NCBI GenBank assembly: GCA_963700285.1
Contig: CAVOXA010000010.1
Span: 1,728,001-1,792,000, forward strand
Length of the DNA stretch: 64,000 nt
Source of the DNA: an uncultured Chloroflexia bacterium
GTDB taxonomy: Bacteria > Chloroflexota > Anaerolineae > JAAYZQ01
Direction of reading: 5' to 3'
Both the position numbers and the translations under genes were made by a program. The notes under the pieces were generated by a model, which was not told the DNA's origin, did not search any database, and worked only from the letters and a program-made list of their open reading frames with translations. This document shows positions 10,169 through 20,762 of this stretch, one piece after another (positions within the stretch are counted from its first letter, which is position 1; every line of letters begins with the position of its first letter).

Positions 10169-11240
10169 GTGCTGGACAAAGTCAAGCTGGTTGAGGAACG
10201 ATACGAAGAGCTATCCCGCCTGATGGCCGATCCCGAGGTGGTGATCGACCATGTCAAGGTGACTGAATATGCCCAGGAGCAGCGCGAACTCGAGGATCTG
10301 GTGCAGGCCTATCGCCATCACCAAGCCCTGGAAGCAGAACTCTCTGACACGCGCGAGTTGCTGGAGATGGAAGACGAAGCAGAAATGCGCGAGATGGCTG
10401 AGCAAGAGATCTCGCGCATCGAAGGGGAAATGGAGGCGCAGTACGAGCGGTTGCGCCTCATGCTCCTGCCCAAAGATCCATTAGACGAAAAGAACGTGAT
10501 CATGGAGGTCCGGGCCGGAACCGGCGGCGACGAGGCTGGAATTTTTGCGGCCGACCTGCAACGCATGTATACCCGCTACGCCGAGACCCAGAAATGGAAG
10601 ATCGATTTACTAAGTGCCAATAGGACGGGCGTGGGCGGCGTCAAAGAGGTTGTCTTTGAGATCAAGGGCAGGGGGGCCTACTCCCGGCTAAAGTACGAGA
10701 GTGGCGTCCACCGGGTCCAACGGGTGCCTGCCACCGAGTCCCAGGGGCGCATCCATACCTCCACGGCGACGGTGGCTGTGCTTGCCCGAGATCGATGACG
10801 TCGAGATCGAAATCAACCCTGCCGACTTGGAAACAGACGTCTATACCTCGTCGGGGCCTGGCGGGCAGCACATGCAAAAGAACGCCACGGCGGTGCGCAT
10901 CACCCACATTCCCAGTGGCATGGTGGTCTCATGTGAGAGCGAGCGGAGCCAGACCCAGAATCGGATGAGGGCCATGGCTGTACTCCGTTCCCGTCTATAC
11001 GAGGCCGAACAGCAGCGGCAGCAGGCCGAGCGGGGCGACGAGCGCCGCCTGCAGGTAGGTTCGGGGGAGCGCAGCGAAAAGATCCGTACTTACAACTATC
11101 CCCAGAACCGGGTCACCGATCATCGCATTGGGCTGACGCTCTATCGGTTGGATACGATTATCAACGGTGACCTTGACGAGTTTGTCGACGAGTTAGCGAC
11201 GACGGAACAAGCAGAACGGCTGCAGGCCATCGGTGTTTGA
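10169..11240 (+). CDS. prfA: Peptide chain release factor 1, with a one-base frameshift near 10784-10787
   Basis: PAT motif ([14 protein letters not shown]) in ORF 10169..10798; GGQ motif and '[20 protein letters not shown]' in ORF 10701..11240; prmC downstream. Confidence 0.93.
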
Positions 11241-11350
11241 ACGGATATCCCCGGCCGGGCAGTGCCGAGCTTGTTCGGGCTTGGTTCCTAAAAGATCGCA
11301 GGAACCCGCAGGCTGGAGATTCTCGGAAAGCCTGATTCTGTGTTGGAGAT

Positions 11351-12199
11351 ATGATCCAGATCCAAGATGCACTGGCGAGAGCCATCCAAACGCTACGGAA
11401 CAACGGCGTCGAGTCGCCCAGGCTCGACGCCGAGCTTTTGTTGGCCCACACCCTCAGTACAAACCGGGCGATAGTCCTGGCTTGGCCTGAGCGTTTGCTG
11501 GCCCCCAAAGAACTCGCCAGCTACCGGGCGCTGATCGCGCGCCGTGTTGCCCGCGAACCACTGGCCTACATTGTTGGTCACCGCGAATTCTACGACCTGG
11601 ACCTGGTCGTGGATTCCCGCGTGCTGATCCCCCGGCCTGAGACCGAACTGCTGATCGAGCGGGCTTTGAAGATAGCGCAGAAAAAGGCAACGCCCTTGCT
11701 GGTCGCAGACGTTGGCTCCGGAAGTGGGGCCCTCGCCGTGACTTTGGCAGTGCACCTGCCTCAGGCGACTGTCTATGCGCTGGACGGCTCGGCCGGTGCG
11801 CTGGCCGTAACGGCGGAGAATGCCCGACGCAACGGTGTGACGGAGCGAGTTCATTGCCTGCAAGGGGACCTGTTGGAGCCGCTGCTTCAGATGGTGGACC
11901 TCGTCGCCGCCAATCTGCCCTACGTCACCACGGCCGAGTGGCAGGATCTGCCCCCTGAAATCCACGACTATGAGCCACGTGGGGCCCTCGATGGCGGTCC
12001 CGATGGTCTATGCCTGATGAGGCGACTGCTGGCGACGGCTGGGGCTTACCTTCGTCCTGGAGGCGCAATTCTACTAGAAGTTGGAGCCAGCCAGGGAGCC
12101 AAAGTGACTGCCTTGGCTCATCAGCATTACCCTGGTGCCATGGTCAGGCTATACCAAGACTATGCGGGACTGGACCGGCTGGTTGCGGTAGAACTCTGA
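11351..12199 (+). CDS. prmC: Release factor glutamine methyltransferase
   Basis: 'VLIPRPETELL', 'DVGSGSGA', 'NLPY' motif; adjacent to prfA. Confidence 0.93.
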   Translation: MIQIQDALARAIQTLRNNGVESPRLDAELLLAHTLSTNRAIVLAWPERLLAPKELASYRALIARRVAREPLAYIVGHREFYDLDLVVDSRVLIPRPETELLIERALKIAQKKATPLLVADVGSGSGALAVTLAVHLPQATVYALDGSAGALAVTAENARRNGVTERVHCLQGDLLEPLLQMVDLVAANLPYVTTAEWQDLPPEIHDYEPRGALDGGPDGLCLMRRLLATAGAYLRPGGAILLEVGASQGAKVTALAHQHYPGAMVRLYQDYAGLDRLVAVEL

Positions 12200-12236
12200 A
12201 CCTGGCGAAAGCTGGGAAGCCCTGGACAGGATTCGA

Positions 12237-13121
12237 CTACTTGTACGCGACCACGCCAAAAGCTTGGGCCCGTCGGACGACCCGCGAAAAACCGGCTTCC
12301 TGTAAGCGGCGTGCCACCCCCTTGACCACATTGCGACCGGATCTGCTTTCCAGGTTACCCACATAGTGGAAGAGTTGTCCCTTGCGTTTCAACACCCGAT
12401 GCAGGTCGCGATAGAACTCGCCGGAATAAAGCTCACCGGCCAGGCCAAACATGGGCGGATCGTGGATGATCCGGGAGAAAGTTTCGTCCCCGAGTGCAAC
12501 TATCTCGTCGAACGAATCACCGATGATCTGATGGATCTTGGGGTGCTCGAATAGCTGCCGAGACCAGGGGTTGAGCCGAGCCACCTCTAGCACGGTGGGA
12601 TCCATCTCTATGGTGACCACCTCGTCCGCGGTTTTGGCCGCCTCGATGGCTGTGTAGCCCAGTCCAGTACAAGTGTCCAGTATCCGGCCAGTGAGGGGGG
12701 CGATGGCGTGGATCTTGCGCAAGGTATCCTGGTGGGGATCGATGCCCTTGATGCGATGCATGGTGATGCCCGAGATGAGAAGAGTGGGTGCTTTGCCGGT
12801 GGGCATCAGGCTGCAAGAGCGGTTAGACAACTCGGAGAAACGGTGGATTTTTTCTGCTTTGCCACCTACCACCACAAAACAGACTGACTCGGACTGAGAG
12901 ATCCATTCAATTGTCTCCCATGACTGCCATTGTCCATCGGGAAAGGACACGCCCTCGGTGCGCAGCAACACATCGCTCGTCGTCAGACCCAGATCGAGCG
13001 ATATGTTCGCCAGGTCATGCCCCTGCATCTGAGCTTGTAGGAGAGAGGTTGCCTGAGCCGATGACAAGATGATGGGCCTGGTCGTGTCCCATCCCTTGAA
13101 GGAGTTTAGGGATTCCTGCAT
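12237..13121 (-). CDS. Class I SAM-dependent methyltransferase (start uncertain)
   Basis: '[12 protein letters not shown]' SAM motif, 'IIHDPP' motif. Confidence 0.8.
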   Translation of the reverse strand: MQESLNSFKGWDTTRPIILSSAQATSLLQAQMQGHDLANISLDLGLTTSDVLLRTEGVSFPDGQWQSWETIEWISQSESVCFVVVGGKAEKIHRFSELSNRSCSLMPTGKAPTLLISGITMHRIKGIDPHQDTLRKIHAIAPLTGRILDTCTGLGYTAIEAAKTADEVVTIEMDPTVLEVARLNPWSRQLFEHPKIHQIIGDSFDEIVALGDETFSRIIHDPPMFGLAGELYSGEFYRDLHRVLKRKGQLFHYVGNLESRSGRNVVKGVARRLQEAGFSRVVRRAQAFGVVAYK

Positions 13122-13144
13122 TTCGTGTACCCACACTTCAGATA

Positions 13145-13175
13145 GAAGCCCGGTCCCACTGGGAGATCGGGCTTC
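13145..13175. terminator. Hairpin downstream of the PIG-L gene
   Basis: GAAGCCCG…CGGGCTTC inverted repeat. Confidence 0.45.
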
Positions 13176-13210
13176 CTGTCAAAACGAACCGGCCTGAGTA
13201 CTTTCCATGC

Positions 13211-14082
13211 CTATCGCAGTCCAGCAAGGAGGTCGTGCTGACCGTCGTCGTCTCCTACGTGGCTTTGGGCTAGCTGGAAGCATTCCCAGGCCTGGAGTTC
13301 GCGCATGATCTCCGGCGGCAGTGCGGCGAAAATGCTATCCGGATTCAGTTGGGTGGCATGACATTGTATCGCCGCTTGTTTGGTTTCCCAAAAGTCCTGG
13401 ACGTACACATCGGTAGTACAGGCTTCATCGGGTAGGCCAAATGGCCCAGCAAAGCGATTCTGGTAGCGTTCGGGGATCTCAATACCCAGCTCAGTCATCT
13501 TTTCGAGTGCAGAACGGAAAAAGCGCCGGGGAATCGCCGTGAAATAGAGCTTCTGAGCTTGATGAGCTTCGAGGTCGTCCGCGATTTGGTCAGTGTACTG
13601 TTCCGGGTCAGCGGCGGCGCTAAAGGCAGCCTTGGCATAGTGGTGAATGGCAATGTGATCCGGGTGACCGTAGCCACCGGTTTCGTCAAAAGTGACTACG
13701 ACGTCGGGACGTTCACGCCGGATATGTCCCACGATCTTGCCCACCACCTCATCGAAATCGGCCATGGTCAAGGCTCCGCGCTCCAAGTTCTCTGGCGTCC
13801 CGGCCATGCCCGAGTCTCGGTAGTCGAGGAAGTGGAGGGCGTCGACGCCCAGAGCTTGGCAGGCGCAGCGTAGCTCACCCTCGCGAACCTCACCAAGCTG
13901 CTCAGGTGTGGCGAGTTGGGAATCGCTTATCTCGCCCGCCTCCCCCGCGTGGCGCAGACCAGTACGACCCGGACGTCGGGGTCTGCGCCATAACGAGCCA
14001 GCGATCCCCCACTGCCGAACGACTCGTCGTCGGGGTGAGCAAAGATCGCCATCAATGTCAGCAAAGGGTCGTTGTCGGACAT
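13211..14082 (-). CDS. PIG-L/LmbE family deacetylase (MshB/Mca-like), frameshift in a G-run near 13942-13946
   Basis: Upstream frame reads MSDNDPLLTLMAIFAHPDDESFG…CATRG; downstream frame 'EAGEI…DYRDSGMAG…GGYGHPDH…HATQ'. Confidence 0.85.
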
Positions 14083-14089
14083 GATAGGA

Positions 14090-14455
14090 TTAGCTGTGGT
14101 GCTGATAGATCTGCAGCACGTTGCCGTTTAGGTCCTCAAAGACAGCCAGCTTGACGCCGCCATAGTCGATTATGCCGCCAATGAACACCACGCCCTGGCC
14201 TTCCATCTCCGCCTTGGCGGCTGCGATGTCGTCCACCTCAAAGACAAGGGTCGCACCTTCACCAACACCTAGCTCAGGACGGCCTTCGGGGCCAGAACCG
14301 TGGCGGCGCAGGGCGATGGTCGCATTGCCAGCATCTAATTCGACCCAGTTGGCCGCCTCATACTTGACCGGCAGACCCAGCTTGTCGCAGTAGAAGGCCT
14401 TTGCTTTCTCCATGTCATCCACGTTAAAGAACACATAGTCTACTTTTTTGAACAT
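14090..14455 (-). CDS. VOC/glyoxalase family protein
   Basis: 'VDDMEKAKAFY…LGL', 'FEVDDI', 'FEDLNGNVLQI'. Confidence 0.88.
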   Translation of the reverse strand: MFKKVDYVFFNVDDMEKAKAFYCDKLGLPVKYEAANWVELDAGNATIALRRHGSGPEGRPELGVGEGATLVFEVDDIAAAKAEMEGQGVVFIGGIIDYGGVKLAVFEDLNGNVLQIYQHHS

Positions 14456-14553
14456 GGTAATCCTCCTGTGTGATTTCGGGTTCCCTCATTGTACGCGAAG
14501 CGTAGCATGTGAAACGTAACGAGCATTACGTCACGTATCGCGGCCTGTACACT

Positions 14554-15489
14554 TTACCCTTGGATCTCCTGAAACCGGGGGTCGCGCTCCAAGATGAGAC
14601 GCAGTCCCTCGTCCAGGGCTGTACAGGGAGTCCAGCTAAGCAACTGCTGCGCCAGGCTTACATCGGCCACCAAGCGTGACACGCCAGCCGCTTGGGCCCG
14701 GTTGAGCAACGGATTGGCTCGTTTGCCGGACAACCGGCCTACCTTGGCTGCCAAGTCGTTAATACTGACCTCTCGACCTGAGCCAATGTTAATGACCGCC
14801 CGATTCACATCGGTGGCCGTCGATGCTGCTATAAGAGCAGTCACGACGTCATCCACGTAGACAAAATCGCGAGTCTGAGTGCCATCGCCAAATATGACCA
14901 GAGAGCCACCAGCCTGTGCTTGTCTAAGCAGTTGAGGAATGACCGGTGGGTAGCTGGGCGGCAACTCCTGCCCCGGCCCATATGCGTTAAAGATGCGCAA
15001 GGACACGGTCTCGATGCAGTACAGGGTTCCCAGGGTGGAGACATAGTACTCGGCGCCAATCTTGCTCACGCCATAAGGTGAATTCGGATTGGGCCTTTGA
15101 TCTTCGCCAATCGGTTGCTTAGCTTGTTCGCCATAGAGCGCCGCTGAGGAGGCGAATACGACGCGTCTCACACCCGTGTCGCGTACGGCTTCCATGAGTG
15201 CCACAGTACCACCAACGTTGACGTCGTTATAGTCCCCCGGATAGTGAATTGACTCCGGCACGCGCACTCGCGCCGCCAGATGGTAGACACAATCCACGCC
15301 CTGCAGGAGGGTCCAAAGTCTGGGGACATCTTTGACGTCGCCGCGGTTAAAGAGTACATCCGGGGCCAGCCTTCGGGGATCTCCGGCTGTGAGGTCGTCC
15401 AGGGCCAATACGGTATGACCATCGGCCACTAACCGATTGGACAGGGCTGAGCCCAGGAACCCGGCGCCGCCGGTAACAAGAACGCGCAT
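14554..15489 (-). CDS. NAD-dependent epimerase/dehydratase (GalE-like)
   Basis: MRVLVTGGAGFLGS, YxxxK (YGVSK), 'GDGTQTRDFVYVDD'. Confidence 0.9.
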   Translation of the reverse strand: MRVLVTGGAGFLGSALSNRLVADGHTVLALDDLTAGDPRRLAPDVLFNRGDVKDVPRLWTLLQGVDCVYHLAARVRVPESIHYPGDYNDVNVGGTVALMEAVRDTGVRRVVFASSAALYGEQAKQPIGEDQRPNPNSPYGVSKIGAEYYVSTLGTLYCIETVSLRIFNAYGPGQELPPSYPPVIPQLLRQAQAGGSLVIFGDGTQTRDFVYVDDVVTALIAASTATDVNRAVINIGSGREVSINDLAAKVGRLSGKRANPLLNRAQAAGVSRLVADVSLAQQLLSWTPCTALDEGLRLILERDPRFQEIQG

Positions 15490-15500
15490 ATTTCTGACCT

Positions 15501-16400
15501 CTATGGTTCCAAGGGTTCGGGCCAAACCGGTACAAACATCTGCCACTGCCATGTCCAGCGGTGGATGACTGTCTCCATCACATCGAGTACACGCCGCATG
15601 TTCAACTGTACTTCCTCCTCGTGGTTTCCGGTACGAAGCAGTTCCAAGGGAGGTTCGATGTGTATGGTGTATTTCCCTGTTTCCGCAGACAAAAAGCAAC
15701 AAGCGACCACCACGAGGGCATTAGTTTTGAGCGCCAATCGGATGTGGCCTGAGGGCACACGGGCCGGACGGCCAAAGAAAGGGATGGCCTCATCAAGATC
15801 GCTGACGGGGCGATCCGCGGCTACGGATACGAGGCCACCCCTTCTCAACCGTTTGATGGCCTGCCGGAGGGCGCTCGCACTGAGCGGTGTGACTTCTACC
15901 CCGGTGCTTTTCCTCAGTCGATTGGCCAGTTGGAAGCCAGGAGACGGATTGGGCAGAGTGAGTACCTGGGGTTCGGGCAGAAACCTCCCAAGTGCCTGGG
16001 CTGCTAGGTCAAAGTTGCCCAGGTGTGGAAATACGAGCACACTCCCACCCTTGCTGTGCCACAGGGATCGGGCAAAGGCCCGCGCCTGTTCCGGAAAGTC
16101 AACCAGGGCCTCAAGTTCCTCCCGCGGCAACTGCAGGGCACGGAAAAGGTCGAAATAGCCGCGGACCGCTGTGTAGAATACCTGGCGTACAGATTGCTCC
16201 AAGTCTTGTCCCTGAGCATCAGGCCCCAATACCTGGCTGAGGTTGGCCTGCACGATCTGATACACGGTTGGTTTGACCCGGCATACAATATCAGCCACCC
16301 ACCAGGAAAAGCGGTGGCCGACCTTCTCTGGGGCATGCTGGCTGAACCACATGCCCAACTGAATGATTCGAGGGCTGCTAGCTATATTCTGTAGGTTCAT
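15501..16400 (-). CDS. Lipid A/PatA-type lysophospholipid acyltransferase
   Basis: HxxxxD motif 'PHLGNFD', 'ADR', 'FFG.PA..P.G', 'QWQMF.PVW'. Confidence 0.85.
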   Translation of the reverse strand: MNLQNIASSPRIIQLGMWFSQHAPEKVGHRFSWWVADIVCRVKPTVYQIVQANLSQVLGPDAQGQDLEQSVRQVFYTAVRGYFDLFRALQLPREELEALVDFPEQARAFARSLWHSKGGSVLVFPHLGNFDLAAQALGRFLPEPQVLTLPNPSPGFQLANRLRKSTGVEVTPLSASALRQAIKRLRRGGLVSVAADRPVSDLDEAIPFFGRPARVPSGHIRLALKTNALVVVACCFLSAETGKYTIHIEPPLELLRTGNHEEEVQLNMRRVLDVMETVIHRWTWQWQMFVPVWPEPLEP

Positions 16401-16410
16401 TCGCCGCCAT

Positions 16411-17034
16411 CTACTCTGTCATCTTGCCATCGACATCTCGGAGCAGGGTCCGTGCCTCGATCAATACTGGCACGCCGCGAATAACGCAGACGACCGTGGC
16501 GATCCAGCTCAGCACTACGGCAACGATCCAGATAGTCTCGGCCAGGCTTTCTTTCGGGGTACCCACCCACAGCCCGCGCAGGCCAAGAGCCAGGGCCAGC
16601 ATAAAGAAGGCCACGGCCTTGGACAAGCCATAAAGAGAGCGCATCAAGCCCGATGCGACCAGGCGGCGTCCCCATTTGGTCTGCATCATGCCAAAGGACG
16701 TTTCGCCCCACATCAAGCTGAAACTGCGCACCATGTCCACAAGTCCGCCGCGAATGATGACGATGATGGGGATGGCCACGGATATCAGCTGCAGATTGGC
16801 ATAGGCTACCCACAGTACCAGTTCCACGATCCGGTCCACGGCGATGTCCAACTTGCTGCCCAACATCCCGGTCTCCTGGCGGTACCGGGCGACAACCCCG
16901 TCCAGGGTATCCATAAAGATCAGAATCAGCACGAGAAAGGCTGTTGCCACTTGGACTTGGGGGCTGCCCAGGTATAACAGGCAGACGATCAAGATCAGCA
17001 AGGGGATGCGCGCCAAAGTAATTGTATTGGCCAT
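16411..17034 (-). CDS. CDP-alcohol phosphatidyltransferase
   Basis: 'NTITLAR', 'DTLDGVVAR…GSKLDIAVDR' signature. Confidence 0.9.
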   Translation of the reverse strand: MANTITLARIPLLILIVCLLYLGSPQVQVATAFLVLILIFMDTLDGVVARYRQETGMLGSKLDIAVDRIVELVLWVAYANLQLISVAIPIIVIIRGGLVDMVRSFSLMWGETSFGMMQTKWGRRLVASGLMRSLYGLSKAVAFFMLALALGLRGLWVGTPKESLAETIWIVAVVLSWIATVVCVIRGVPVLIEARTLLRDVDGKMTE

Positions 17035-17140
17035 GTTCCTTACCCCCCCCCATCTCTAAACCCAAAGATGGAATCGTGTTTTGACGGTCAGAGTATAGCA
17101 TTGCCACCCCATTTTGCCAAACCCAAGTTGGGGCGGAACG

Positions 17141-17878
17141 CTAGCTTGCCGACCGGCTGCTCACCCGTTCGATGAAGCCCAGCACAGCCTCCTGAATTCG
17201 CTCACCCCAACGCCAGAATACCAGCGCCGCGACAACGAGGACAGCAAGTAGGAGCCCCCACCAGATGGGATCGACCCTGGCGATGTTTGCTCCGACCATG
17301 ACGGATACGAACACTCCTGGCAGGCGTCCCAGGGTCATTAAAGGCAGGAACTGACGATAGCGCATGGGCGTCAGGCCGGCCGCAACGCAAGCCAGGTCGT
17401 CCGGGGCAAAGGGCAGAAGCCAGATCAGGAAGAAAAAGGGGGCGCCACCCCGGCGGGCCAAATCGTCGAGGCGGGCCATGGACTGTTTCCCGACGAGCCG
17501 GATCACCAACGGCCGCCCAAAGCGACGGGACAGACCAAAGATGATCGATGAGCCGATGACCATCCCAATCATGGGGAACAGCGTACCCCACCAGGGACCG
17601 TAGAGGTAGCCGCTGGCCGCCTCAATCGCCTGGCCAGGGATGGGGGCCAGGAGGGTCTGAATCATCTCCAGGAGGATGATGGCCATCGGTCCCCAAGCAC
17701 CCAACCCCTCCACCCAGGCGCGCATCTGCTCTTGGTCCGCCAGGAATTCATAGATGGGGCGCCACCAGGCAATCATTGCCGCAACCAGAGCGGCGAGGAG
17801 CAGGGCAACGGCCACCCAGATCAACCAGCGTGGGAATTGCCGCCGGCCAGCAGATACGGGTTCTTGGTTGTCGCTCAA
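17141..17878 (-). CDS. TVP38/TMEM64 (DedA-like) membrane protein
   Basis: 'APIPG', 'LLPFAPDDL…AGLTPM…F…GRLPG'. Confidence 0.85.
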   Translation of the reverse strand: MSDNQEPVSAGRRQFPRWLIWVAVALLLAALVAAMIAWWRPIYEFLADQEQMRAWVEGLGAWGPMAIILLEMIQTLLAPIPGQAIEAASGYLYGPWWGTLFPMIGMVIGSSIIFGLSRRFGRPLVIRLVGKQSMARLDDLARRGGAPFFFLIWLLPFAPDDLACVAAGLTPMRYRQFLPLMTLGRLPGVFVSVMVGANIARVDPIWWGLLLAVLVVAALVFWRWGERIQEAVLGFIERVSSRSAS

Positions 17879-17950
17879 GTCAGGCTCCGTGAGATTCTTC
17901 GTGTACTGGATGCACTAGACTGGAGTCGGGGTAGGTAGAAACCAAGCGGC

Positions 17951-18949
17951 TCACAAAGTCTCCGAACGGTTGTCTGCCAGGCCGGGGAGGGGCAGGTTTG
18001 CGGTGTATCGCCGAAATTCACCCAAGGACCGAAAGCCTGCGGCCAGGAGAGAGTTCTTCAAAGGCCAAGCACGGGCTTCTACCATGGCGCCGACCTCATC
18101 AATGCCGGCCATCATGCCCCGGGTCACGGCTCCGTGGATCAGCGCTTCGCGTGCCGCTCGATCTTGAGCTTCAACGGCCTCGATCCACACTCCCCGGTAG
18201 AGAAGCGTTTGCACGCCAACCAAAGCTGCATATCCGGCAGGCTGACCATCCTTTTCAGCCTGGAGAACAGTCAGATTGCCGTCGCCCTCAGGCAGAGTTG
18301 CTGCTTCAGATTCCAGGGGGGCGGAGTTTCGACTCTTCGGAAAACCATTGGAATCTGGCTGGGGTCCAGGTTCCAGGTTGGGCGCGGCGCTATCGTCGGG
18401 CAAGGGGTAGCCCGGGAAGGGCTCCGCCGCATCGAAAAGGCTGTGTGTCTCGCGGACGGTCACGCCGGGCGGGGGTTGGGTCTGCCCGCCTTTGCCCATT
18501 GCGGTCCCCGCGGTTCGATAGATCAAGAGTGTGTATGTTTCTGGCCCAGGGCGCAGGCCGGCGCGAGTGAAGGCCTGCGCCGAGGCATTGTTGTCGGTAG
18601 CAACGTAGGCCCTCGCTTGCTGGGGTATGCCCTCCGTCCAAGCTGAGGCTGCCCGGATAAGCCTCGTGCCCAGACGCCGGCCCCGCCATTGAGGGTGGAC
18701 AGCCAGGAGATCGATCTCCCACAACGGGTCTTGCAGACCGGCGGTGGGAAAGGCGATGACAAAACCGATTACAGTGTCTCCACTCAGAGCCAGCCAGGCG
18801 CGCTGCGGACCATCAATGAGCATGATCCGCACCTGTTCGGCGCTGTAGGGGCATTCATCGAAAACGGCCTGTTCTACGCCTAGCAGCCCTTCGGCGCTGG
18901 CCAAAGAGCCATCAAAGGGCCGGATGGTGGTGCTGGTTCTCGCTGCCAT
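17951..18949 (-). CDS. GNAT family N-acetyltransferase
   Basis: 'LAVHPQWRGRRLGTRL' acetyl-CoA motif, 'N.AS..AF..AG'. Confidence 0.8.
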   Translation of the reverse strand: MAARTSTTIRPFDGSLASAEGLLGVEQAVFDECPYSAEQVRIMLIDGPQRAWLALSGDTVIGFVIAFPTAGLQDPLWEIDLLAVHPQWRGRRLGTRLIRAASAWTEGIPQQARAYVATDNNASAQAFTRAGLRPGPETYTLLIYRTAGTAMGKGGQTQPPPGVTVRETHSLFDAAEPFPGYPLPDDSAAPNLEPGPQPDSNGFPKSRNSAPLESEAATLPEGDGNLTVLQAEKDGQPAGYAALVGVQTLLYRGVWIEAVEAQDRAAREALIHGAVTRGMMAGIDEVGAMVEARAWPLKNSLLAAGFRSLGEFRRYTANLPLPGLADNRSETL

Positions 18950-19099
18950 GCGGCTCACTATACCAGCAAAGAGTCGGATGGTCAAGGTCGCTTGCCAGCC
19001 CGCCTGGAAAATGCTAGAATGACCAATAATCAGTGACTGGCGTCGAACTAGATTGGGACCTGGTCATTGTTCATTTGGCTCTGATTTGCGGAGAAGCCT

Positions 19100-20668
19100 G
19101 TGGGCGCTAAACGTGTGTGGTTGCTGATCATAGTATTTGTAGCGGGCATGACGAGCCTGGGCGTGGAACTCACGGCAGCGCGTTTGCTGGATCCCTTCTT
19201 TGGCAATTCGCTGGTTATCTGGGCCGTGCTCATTGGCACGGTGCTACTCTACCTGACGGCGGGGTACTATGTCGGCGGCAAGTGGTCTGACCGAAGGCCG
19301 TACCGCCGGGTGTTGTACCAGATTGCGGCCTGGGCGGCCTTTTTCATTGGACTGGTACCTTTTGTCGCCCGGCCAGTATTGCTCTGGTCGGTCCAGGGCT
19401 TTGCCGAATACAGTACCGGCATCTTGGCCGGTTCGCTGCTGGGTGTGGTGATCCTCTTTTCCGTGCCGGTCATCCTGCTGGGCTGCATCTCGCCTTTTGC
19501 CATCCGCTTGTCGATGGCGGAGGAGCGTGTTGAGTCGTCAGGAAGCGTCGCCGGTGGAATCTATGCCTTATCCACTGTCGGCAGCCTTGTGGGTACCTTC
19601 CTGCCGGTGTTGGTTCTCATTCCCAACATTGGTACGAGAAATACCTTTCTTTTTTTTGCCTTGAGCCTGCTGGCTGCCTCCCTGGTGGGCCTGTTCTGGG
19701 AACTGAGACACAAAGCCCTACCTTACCTGCTCATGCCCCTGTTGCTGGCGGTATTGATCGTTGTTTTTCCCGGGAGTGTCGTCAAGCAAGCCCAGTATGG
19801 TGAACTGCTCTACGAGACCGAGTCTTCGTACAACTATATCCAGGTTGTGCAGTGGGGAGATGAAGTGTGGCTGCAGCTCAACGAAGGGCAAGGTGTACAC
19901 TCTATCTACAACCCCAATTCGGTACTGGTAGAAGGCATTTGGGATCTGTTCCTGATCGTTCCCTTTTTCAACAACCCACCTTTCACGGCGAGTCAGGTGG
20001 GTAGATTGGCCCTCATCGGCTCGGCGGCCGGCACGGTGGCCAAGCAGTACACGGCGGTCTATGGTCCGATCCCTATTGACGGCGCTGAGATCGACCCCGA
20101 GATTATCCGCGTGGGCCGTGAGTATTTTGATATGAACGAACAAAACCTGAACGCGGTGCCCCAGGACGGCCGCTATTTCCTGGCCAATTCCCCCAACAAG
20201 TTCGACGTTATTGCCATCGATGCCTACCGCCCGCCCTACATTCCCTTTCACCTGACCACCCGCGAGTTCTTTGCCGAAGTCAAGCAGCATCTGACTGAGC
20301 AAGGTGTCGTAGCCATCAACGCAGGCCGTACTCAGAGCGATTGGCGCTTGGTGGAGGCACTGGCCAGCACACTAAAGGCCGAGTTCCCCAATGTCTACCT
20401 GGTGGATACGGGGGACGTAGGCTATGACATCATCAATGTCTTGGTTGTGGCCACCAATCAGCCAACGCGATTGGAGAACCTGGCAGCAAACGCAGATCTG
20501 ATGGCATCCAGCCCATCCGGGGCGAGCCGCCTCCTGCAGACAGTGATGGGCAAGGCCATGGGCCAGGTGGTCGAGTTCACCGAGCCCACCGTCGTGTTTA
20601 CCGATGACAAGGCACCGGTTGAGCAGGTAGTACACGGATTGATCTTGAGCTATTTGATGGGACAGTGA
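19100..20668 (+). CDS. Membrane (MFS-like)/spermidine synthase-like fusion protein
   Basis: N-terminal TMs 'LLDPFFGNSL…WAVLIG', C-terminal 'EIDPEII', 'DGR.FL', 'DVIAIDAY..PYIPFHLTT.EFF'. Confidence 0.85.
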   Translation: MGAKRVWLLIIVFVAGMTSLGVELTAARLLDPFFGNSLVIWAVLIGTVLLYLTAGYYVGGKWSDRRPYRRVLYQIAAWAAFFIGLVPFVARPVLLWSVQGFAEYSTGILAGSLLGVVILFSVPVILLGCISPFAIRLSMAEERVESSGSVAGGIYALSTVGSLVGTFLPVLVLIPNIGTRNTFLFFALSLLAASLVGLFWELRHKALPYLLMPLLLAVLIVVFPGSVVKQAQYGELLYETESSYNYIQVVQWGDEVWLQLNEGQGVHSIYNPNSVLVEGIWDLFLIVPFFNNPPFTASQVGRLALIGSAAGTVAKQYTAVYGPIPIDGAEIDPEIIRVGREYFDMNEQNLNAVPQDGRYFLANSPNKFDVIAIDAYRPPYIPFHLTTREFFAEVKQHLTEQGVVAINAGRTQSDWRLVEALASTLKAEFPNVYLVDTGDVGYDIINVLVVATNQPTRLENLAANADLMASSPSGASRLLQTVMGKAMGQVVEFTEPTVVFTDDKAPVEQVVHGLILSYLMGQ

Positions 20669-20762
20669 AACCACAAGTACGGGACAAAAGCCCCATTCCT
20701 ATCATGGCTGACGAATCGAGGTTTGACCACTACGATGCATTCCACCTGGCGACTCCTGAATC

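Noticed and set aside
13940-13948. PIG-L and GT (near 5345) frameshifts as true pseudogenes or phase variation
   Set aside because: Single indels in otherwise intact genes (the PIG-L one in a short G-run); sequencing error is more parsimonious.
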